Below are positions 58,373 through 64,000 of a DNA stretch of 64,000 nucleotides, one piece after another. The notes below the pieces were generated by a model. That model had not been told where the DNA came from, ran no database searches, and worked only from the letters and a program-made list of their open reading frames with translations. Source of the stretch: an uncultured Gammaproteobacteria bacterium (GTDB lineage Bacteria > Patescibacteriota > Patescibacteriia > Magasanikbacterales > UBA922); NCBI GenBank assembly GCA_964592785.1, contig CAZQHU010000001.1:45687-109686 (forward strand). The letters run 5' to 3'. Position 1 is the stretch's first letter. Every line of letters begins with the position of its first letter. Position numbers and translations under genes: made by a program.

Positions 58373-59743
58373 TTATTTAATTTTCAATAAATTTACAATT
58401 TTATTACCAATTATACTAAATTCATTATGTTTTTTCATTATTCCAGTTTTGCTTTGAATGCGAATCAAATCCGAATTTAATTTTGTGTTGTTATACTGGA
58501 TGGTATTAAAATTATTTTTTTTGAGTTTTTCAATAATCTTATAATTATTTAATTTTTTAATCATTTGCTCATCGTTCATTCTCTGTATTATTTGTGCCCC
58601 GTCTTGGATTTTGATTAATGTCTGATTTTCTAAATTCATGTTTAACAAAGCTAGTAAATGCGCTTCAAAAGTTGTCATTCCGAGCGAAGTCGAGGAATCC
58701 CTTTTACATTGTTTAAGGGATCCCTCCACTCGTTTACACTCGGTCGGGATGACAGACCGTTGTAATTGTGATTCGTAGGTAGTGGAGGCCGGTTGTCGGC
58801 AATTGATTTCCAACAAATACAATTTGCCAGTCTTCTCGTGCATTACTATATCGATCCCAAATAAACCGCGCCAACCAGCTTTTTTGAGCCTTAGACCAAC
58901 ATCAGTGGCAATTTTTTTATATTGTGCAATTTGTTTTTTATTTAAAATTTTATGAGGCAATGCCCAATCATTTCCAATAGTAGAAAAAGGCAGATCAGTA
59001 AAAGGCTTGAGGCCGGTAATTTGGTAATTGATATTACCAACCATTATTTCAGAATTTGCAACTACATTATTGTTGGTAAAAAGTGGACCAGGAATATATT
59101 CAGCGATTCGTACTTCACGTTCAGGAAATTTTTGTTGCAGAGTTTGTAGTTGTTTTTTGGATTCAATTAGAGTAGTACCACTACCAGTGTGGGATCTATT
59201 AAATTGCAGAATAAATGGCCCGACTCCGCTTCGTTGCGCCAGGGTAAGTTTACCCCAGGCAATTTCTTTACACTTCAAAACTTTATATTTTGGTAAATAT
59301 TTTTTTAATGGTCCGAGCCAAGTAATTTGCGAAATTTTTTCTTCTACCTCATTGGAAATTCTAGCTGGAGGATTTAGAAGTTTCCAATTATTTTCAGCAC
59401 AAGTTTTTTCAATTTGTAAGGTGTTTTTGAATACCAAAATCCCCCCCGGCCCCCCTTTACAAAGGGGGGAAGTGTCCAATTTCCCCCTTAGAAAAGGGGG
59501 ATTAAGGGGGATATTGGCAATATTATTAATAAACTTCTTTACTTGTTTATTCTGTAGTAGCTCCCAAGTATCCAGAATCTTTTTTTCTTTGATAAGTAAG
59601 ACATTTTTGTGTTTTTGATAAGACTTGGCAAAGTCAGAAAAATTTGAGATAATAAAATAACCTTTGGTATTAACAGGTAGTCCTAGAGCGCGCTCAAGAT
59701 CACGCGTAACGTAGATTATGGGTTGTTTGGTTAGGTCAAGCAT
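58373..59743 (-). CDS. ATP-grasp domain protein with three palindromic in-frame inserts
   Basis: HTGSGT, EYIPG, GLFGID, LLEINCR. Confidence 0.8.
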   Translation of the reverse strand: MLDLTKQPIIYVTRDLERALGLPVNTKGYFIISNFSDFAKSYQKHKNVLLIKEKKILDTWELLQNKQVKKFINNIANIPLNPPFLRGKLDTSPLCKGGPGGILVFKNTLQIEKTCAENNWKLLNPPARISNEVEEKISQITWLGPLKKYLPKYKVLKCKEIAWGKLTLAQRSGVGPFILQFNRSHTGSGTTLIESKKQLQTLQQKFPEREVRIAEYIPGPLFTNNNVVANSEIMVGNINYQITGLKPFTDLPFSTIGNDWALPHKILNKKQIAQYKKIATDVGLRLKKAGWRGLFGIDIVMHEKTGKLYLLEINCRQPASTTYESQLQRSVIPTECKRVEGSLKQCKRDSSTSLGMTTFEAHLLALLNMNLENQTLIKIQDGAQIIQRMNDEQMIKKLNNYKIIEKLKKNNFNTIQYNNTKLNSDLIRIQSKTGIMKKHNEFSIIGNKIVNLLKIK

Positions 59744-59784
59744 AACGAGGGTAATTATAATAAAATTAAGCAAAAAAATCAATT

Positions 59785-60753
59785 ATGCAAGAATATTATC
59801 AGCAGTTAAAAGAATTTGGCCATGTTCGTCTCAATGAACCATTATCCAAACACACAACTTTTAAAATTGGTGGACCAGCTGATTTTTTTATTGAAGTAAA
59901 TGAAGTTGCTAAATTAACTAAGTTATTAAATTTTTTGAATAGTGAGGGGATAAGCTGGTTTGTTCTAGGTGGTGGAAGTAATATTTTATTTAAAGACGAA
60001 AATTTTGAAGGAGTGGTAATAAAAATTAAGACTACAGACCACAGACTAACTCTCGGCCTGAGCTCGGATCGAAAGCAGACTATGGACACAATTATAGCAG
60101 ACAGTGGAGTGTTGTTGTCACAAATAGTAAATTTGGCAGTACAAAATAATTTATCAGGTATGGAGTGGGGGGTGGGAATACCGGGTACAGTCGGCGGAGC
60201 GGTACGTGGTAACGCCGGTGCCATGGGCTATGATACTTCTCGGGTAGTGGAAAAAGTAGAAGTTTGGCGCGATGGTGAAGTTTTGATTTTGAATAATAAT
60301 GAATGCGGTTTTTTTTATCGTGGTAGTGATTTTAAGAAAAATGGCGGAGTGATTTTACGCGCCTGGTTCAAGCTTGTGCCCGGGGAGAAACAGTCAATCG
60401 TGAATGAAGTGGGGCGTTTTTTGCAACAAAGACAAGGACGCTATCCGACTTTTCCTTCAGCCGGAAGTTTTTTTCAGAATATAGATATAGATAAATGGCC
60501 GGGAGATACCAAAAATTTACCAGAAATTTTTGTAGAGCGTAAAAAAATTCCAGTTGGTTGGCTAGTGGAGCAATGCAATTTGAAAGGTTATACTGTCGGT
60601 GGAGCCAAGGTTTCTGATGAGCATGGTAATTTTGTAGTCAATTTTAAAGAGGCTACCCAAGCAGAGATTTTGGCTGTGGTTGAGACAGTTCAAGAAAAAG
60701 TGTATAATAAATTTGGCGTAGAATTAAAACCTGAAGTAGAAATTATAAAATAA
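59785..60753 (+). CDS. murB: UDP-N-acetylmuramate dehydrogenase
   Basis: HTTFKIGGPA, GGGSN, GIPGTVGGAVRGNAGA, SAGSFF, HGNF. Confidence 0.96.
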   Translation: MQEYYQQLKEFGHVRLNEPLSKHTTFKIGGPADFFIEVNEVAKLTKLLNFLNSEGISWFVLGGGSNILFKDENFEGVVIKIKTTDHRLTLGLSSDRKQTMDTIIADSGVLLSQIVNLAVQNNLSGMEWGVGIPGTVGGAVRGNAGAMGYDTSRVVEKVEVWRDGEVLILNNNECGFFYRGSDFKKNGGVILRAWFKLVPGEKQSIVNEVGRFLQQRQGRYPTFPSAGSFFQNIDIDKWPGDTKNLPEIFVERKKIPVGWLVEQCNLKGYTVGGAKVSDEHGNFVVNFKEATQAEILAVVETVQEKVYNKFGVELKPEVEIIK

Positions 60754-60760
60754 TAAAAAT

Positions 60761-61105
60761 ATGCAAATAAAAATTAAAGGTACTGGCATCGACCTTACTG
60801 AGCCAATTAAAAATTATGTCATAGAAAAAATAGAAAGTTTGGAAAAATTTTTTGATAATATTCAATCGGCCGATGTGGATGTGGGTATGCAGTCGCATCA
60901 TCATCTCAAAGGCAAAGTTTATTATGCTGAAGTAAACTTATCAGTACCAGGTAAGTTGATAAGAGTAGTTAAAGAATCTGAAGATTTGTATAAAGCTATA
61001 GACAAAGTCAAAGATCATCTAAAAGTTGAACTGGAGAAGATGAAAGAAAAAAAACGTGCTCGAGATAAAAAAGTATTACGGGAAAACAAACAATATCAGG
61101 AATAA
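60761..61105 (+). CDS. raiA: Ribosome hibernation factor HPF/RaiA
   Basis: IDLTEPIKNYV..K, DLYKAID. Confidence 0.9.
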   Translation: MQIKIKGTGIDLTEPIKNYVIEKIESLEKFFDNIQSADVDVGMQSHHHLKGKVYYAEVNLSVPGKLIRVVKESEDLYKAIDKVKDHLKVELEKMKEKKRARDKKVLRENKQYQE

Positions 61106-61275
61106 AAAATATCCGCCCCGCGTATTGCGGGGCGGATATTTTTAATTTTAGAACTGTCCGATATTATTTTAAATTTCTAGATTTAGAAATTTAAAGGGGG
61201 GATCGGACAGTTCTTTTGGGGAGTGCAGTCCCAAAGAACGACTGATCCCACGAAGCTGAAGTGGCGACCGGTCTT

Positions 61276-61527
61276 TTAACCGGTCGTGCAGTGCTTGCGT
61301 CCGTCGGGGGTCTCGGTGACCGTGACCCCGGGTTCGCCGACGTTCTGGCGACGATCGAGGGCTTCCTGGGTTCTCGGTGGTTCCCGGTGCTTGTCCTGGC
61401 CGCACTTGAAACAGAAGCGGCCCTCGGATTCGTGTCCGCAGTTAGGACACTTCTGGATCGGCGCCGGCCGAAGCCAGGACGGAGTCCGGTCGGGTCCGAT
61501 GTTGGCAGGTCGGGGTCGGAGTGGCAT
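61276..61527 (-). CDS. GC-rich orphan zinc-ribbon protein
   Basis: AGGAGG SD; CPNCG..FCFKCG; TTGACA-17-TTAAAT promoter. Confidence 0.65.
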   Translation of the reverse strand: MPLRPRPANIGPDRTPSWLRPAPIQKCPNCGHESEGRFCFKCGQDKHREPPRTQEALDRRQNVGEPGVTVTETPDGRKHCTTG

Positions 61528-61682
61528 GTGAACCTCCTGGTGTTTGCCTGCCTTATTTGTGGCAGGGAAAGAGAAATTGGCTCCATTTAACAGTATTTTC
61601 TAAACTTTGTCAAGGGTAGACAAAAGAGACAAATAGTGATACAATGCAGTTCATGGTTCAATAATTATAAAATAGTTATTTT

Positions 61683-64000
61683 ATGTCGTTTTTAACTAAA
61701 ATTTTTGGTGACCCTAACAAAAAGATTTTACGCGAGGTTCAGCCACTTGTAGAAAAAATAAATTCTTTGGAACCGGATTGGCAAAAATTGACGGATCAAC
61801 AATTGAAAGATAAAACTTTGGAATTTAAAAATCGTTTAGCTCAGGGAGAAACTCTTGATGAAATTCTTCCTGAAGCTTTTGCCACAGTGCGTGAAGTAGG
61901 CAGACGTGTTTTGAATATGCGTCATTTTGATGTTCAGCTTATTGGTGGCATAGTTTTGCATCGTGGGAACATTGCCGAGATGCGTACTGGTGAAGGAAAA
62001 ACTTTGGTAGCGACTTTGCCGGTTTACCTCAATGCACTCGAAGGCAAAGGCGTGCATGTGGTAACAGTCAATGATTATTTGGCCAAGCGTGATGCTGTTT
62101 GGATGGGCAAGATTTATGATTTTTTGGGTTTGAGCGTGGGTATAGTGCAAAACATGAGAGTGAGTTATCGCTATGATGCAAGTGTCAAGAAGAGTGAAGA
62201 GATTATGAATGAAGGCACAGCAAGTGATGAATTGGAGATAGAAAGTTTTAAAATTGAAGAGGATTTTATTCGCCCTTGTTCTCGACAAGAAGCTTATCGC
62301 TCGGATATTACTTATGGAACCAATAATGAATTTGGTTTTGATTATTTACGCGACAACATGGTGCAGAGTTTGGAAGAGATGGTGATGCGTCCGGGTGAGG
62401 AAATGCATTATGCGATTGTCGATGAAGTCGATTCCATTCTTATCGATGAAGCTAGAACACCGCTTATTATTTCTGCTCCTGCCGAAGAGGCGGCGGATCA
62501 ATACTATCAATTTGCAAAATTAGTTCGTCAACTTAAAGAAAATGAAGATTATAATGTTGATGAAAAAATGCGTAGCGCCACTCTTACCGAGGCAGGTATT
62601 GCTAAATTTGAAAAATGGTTGAATGTTGAAAATATTTATGCTGAAGGTGGAGTGAGAATAATCCATCATATTGAACAAGCGCTCAAAGCTGAGGTTCTTT
62701 TTAAGCGTGACAAAGATTACATGGTAGATGCCAATAATGAGGTTATTATTATTGATGAATTTACCGGACGCAAAATGCCAGGAAGACGTTATTCCGAAGG
62801 TTTGCATCAAGCGATTGAAGCCAAAGAAAATGTAGATATTAAACGTGAAAGTCAAACGTTGGCCACTATTACTTTTCAAAATTTATTTCGCATGTATCGC
62901 AAGCTTTGCGGTATGACTGGTACAGCCGCCACTGAAGCTGAAGAGTTTGGCAAAATTTATAATTTGGATGTGCTGACCATCCCTACCAACAAAAAAGATG
63001 GCAGAATTGATCATCCGGATAGGATTTATCGCACTGAAAATGGCAAATTTAAGGCAGTGGTAGAAAAAATAAAAGAATGCCAAGACAAAAACCAGCCAAT
63101 GCTTATTGGTACAATTTCTGTAGAAAAAAACGAAGAGTTGAGTGAATATCTAAATAGAAATGGGATTAAGCATGAAGTTTTGAATGCCAAGAATCATGAG
63201 CGTGAAGCTGAGATCATTGCTCAGGCTGGGCGTCCTGGGGTTATCACTTTGGCGACCAATATGGCTGGCCGTGGTGTGGATATTAAGCTTGGTGGCAACC
63301 CAGTAAACCTTGAAGAAGCGGAAATTGTCAAAAAGGCTGGGGGGTTATTTGTGCTTGGTACTGAAAGACATGAATCCAGGCGCATTGATAATCAGCTTCG
63401 TGGGCGTAGCGCCCGCCAAGGTGATCCAGGTCAAACTCAATTTTTTGTTTCCACCGAAGACGATTTGATGCGTATCTTTGCCGGAGAAAGAATGAAGGCC
63501 GTGATGACCACGCTCAAAGTTCCCGAAGACATGCCGATCGAACAGCGCATGATCACCAAAATGCTGGAGAGCGCCCAAAAAAAAGTTGAAGGTTTTCATT
63601 TTGACACTCGTAAGCACTTATTGGAATATGATGATGTCTTGAACAAGCATCGCGATGTAATCTACAAAAAACGCCGGGAAGTTTTGGAAAGTGAGAATTT
63701 GAAAAAGATTATTTTGGATTTGGTAGAACAAGAGATTGAACTGGTGGTTTCTTTTCATACCAATTTTGAAGATAAGCGGGAGTGGAATATTCAGGAAATT
63801 TTTGAAACCATGCAAACTATTTTTCCATTCAGTCCGGAAGAAAGAGAAAAATTATTGCATTTCAATAAAAATGGCAATAGCAAACTTGATGATGTACTAG
63901 TGAAGGAAGAAATGATTAAGTTTCTTATGGAAAAAGCTGGATTGGAATATGAAAAATTATCAGGACAAATTTTGGCGATGAGTGGTAATCAAGAAGAAGG
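61683..64000 (+). CDS. secA: Preprotein translocase SecA (3' truncated by window)
   Basis: [51 protein letters not shown]. Confidence 0.97.
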   Translation, partial: MSFLTKIFGDPNKKILREVQPLVEKINSLEPDWQKLTDQQLKDKTLEFKNRLAQGETLDEILPEAFATVREVGRRVLNMRHFDVQLIGGIVLHRGNIAEMRTGEGKTLVATLPVYLNALEGKGVHVVTVNDYLAKRDAVWMGKIYDFLGLSVGIVQNMRVSYRYDASVKKSEEIMNEGTASDELEIESFKIEEDFIRPCSRQEAYRSDITYGTNNEFGFDYLRDNMVQSLEEMVMRPGEEMHYAIVDEVDSILIDEARTPLIISAPAEEAADQYYQFAKLVRQLKENEDYNVDEKMRSATLTEAGIAKFEKWLNVENIYAEGGVRIIHHIEQALKAEVLFKRDKDYMVDANNEVIIIDEFTGRKMPGRRYSEGLHQAIEAKENVDIKRESQTLATITFQNLFRMYRKLCGMTGTAATEAEEFGKIYNLDVLTIPTNKKDGRIDHPDRIYRTENGKFKAVVEKIKECQDKNQPMLIGTISVEKNEELSEYLNRNGIKHEVLNAKNHEREAEIIAQAGRPGVITLATNMAGRGVDIKLGGNPVNLEEAEIVKKAGGLFVLGTERHESRRIDNQLRGRSARQGDPGQTQFFVSTEDDLMRIFAGERMKAVMTTLKVPEDMPIEQRMITKMLESAQKKVEGFHFDTRKHLLEYDDVLNKHRDVIYKKRREVLESENLKKIILDLVEQEIELVVSFHTNFEDKREWNIQEIFETMQTIFPFSPEEREKLLHFNKNGNSKLDDVLVKEEMIKFLMEKAGLEYEKLSGQILAMSGNQEE

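Noticed and set aside
61836-63815. Minus-strand ORFs at the window end
   Set aside because: Shadows of secA on the plus strand
1-64000. CRISPR array
   Set aside because: No run of identical 25-45 nt repeats with unique spacers and no cas genes; the repeats are dispersed palindromes or 7-9 nt tracts
1-64000. Alternative genetic code (TGA recoded)
   Set aside because: Conserved genes are full length in code 11 and several end in TGA

Overview
AT-rich bacterial chromosome segment in code 11 (TGA is a stop). The gene content is reduced (pilT, comEC, HU, rny, infB, leuS, glyA, secA, murB, mraY and others) and most start codons lack a Shine-Dalgarno (SD) site. This fits a Patescibacteria/CPR genome, although the taxonomy is my inference. 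No rRNA, CRISPR array, integrase or transposase was seen. Four layers are not explained by routine annotation. (1) A tRNA-Glu gene is split by three palindromic insertions, and the anticodon insertion carries a second, intact tRNA-Glu. (2) Several short palindromic and 7-9 nt tandem-repeat families are inserted in frame in many housekeeping genes, sometimes nested in each other. Three small genes (four-helix bundle, GxxExxY, DUF559) are bracketed by such repeats. (3) About 14 GC-rich islands sit in the AT-rich background, most between a native-looking sigma70 promoter and a terminator. Some encode orphan proteins with strong SD sites; others look like highly structured ncRNAs with shared 3' motifs. 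(4) Two Phe/Tyr leader-peptide attenuators precede orphan genes. Also noted: a 6S-like RNA before rny, oriented DnaA boxes at promoters, a circularly permuted DsbA, a LeuRS with NUDIX and hydrolase inserts, and an unannotated LysW-like gene. All folds and alignments were done by eye; nothing was computed or searched.
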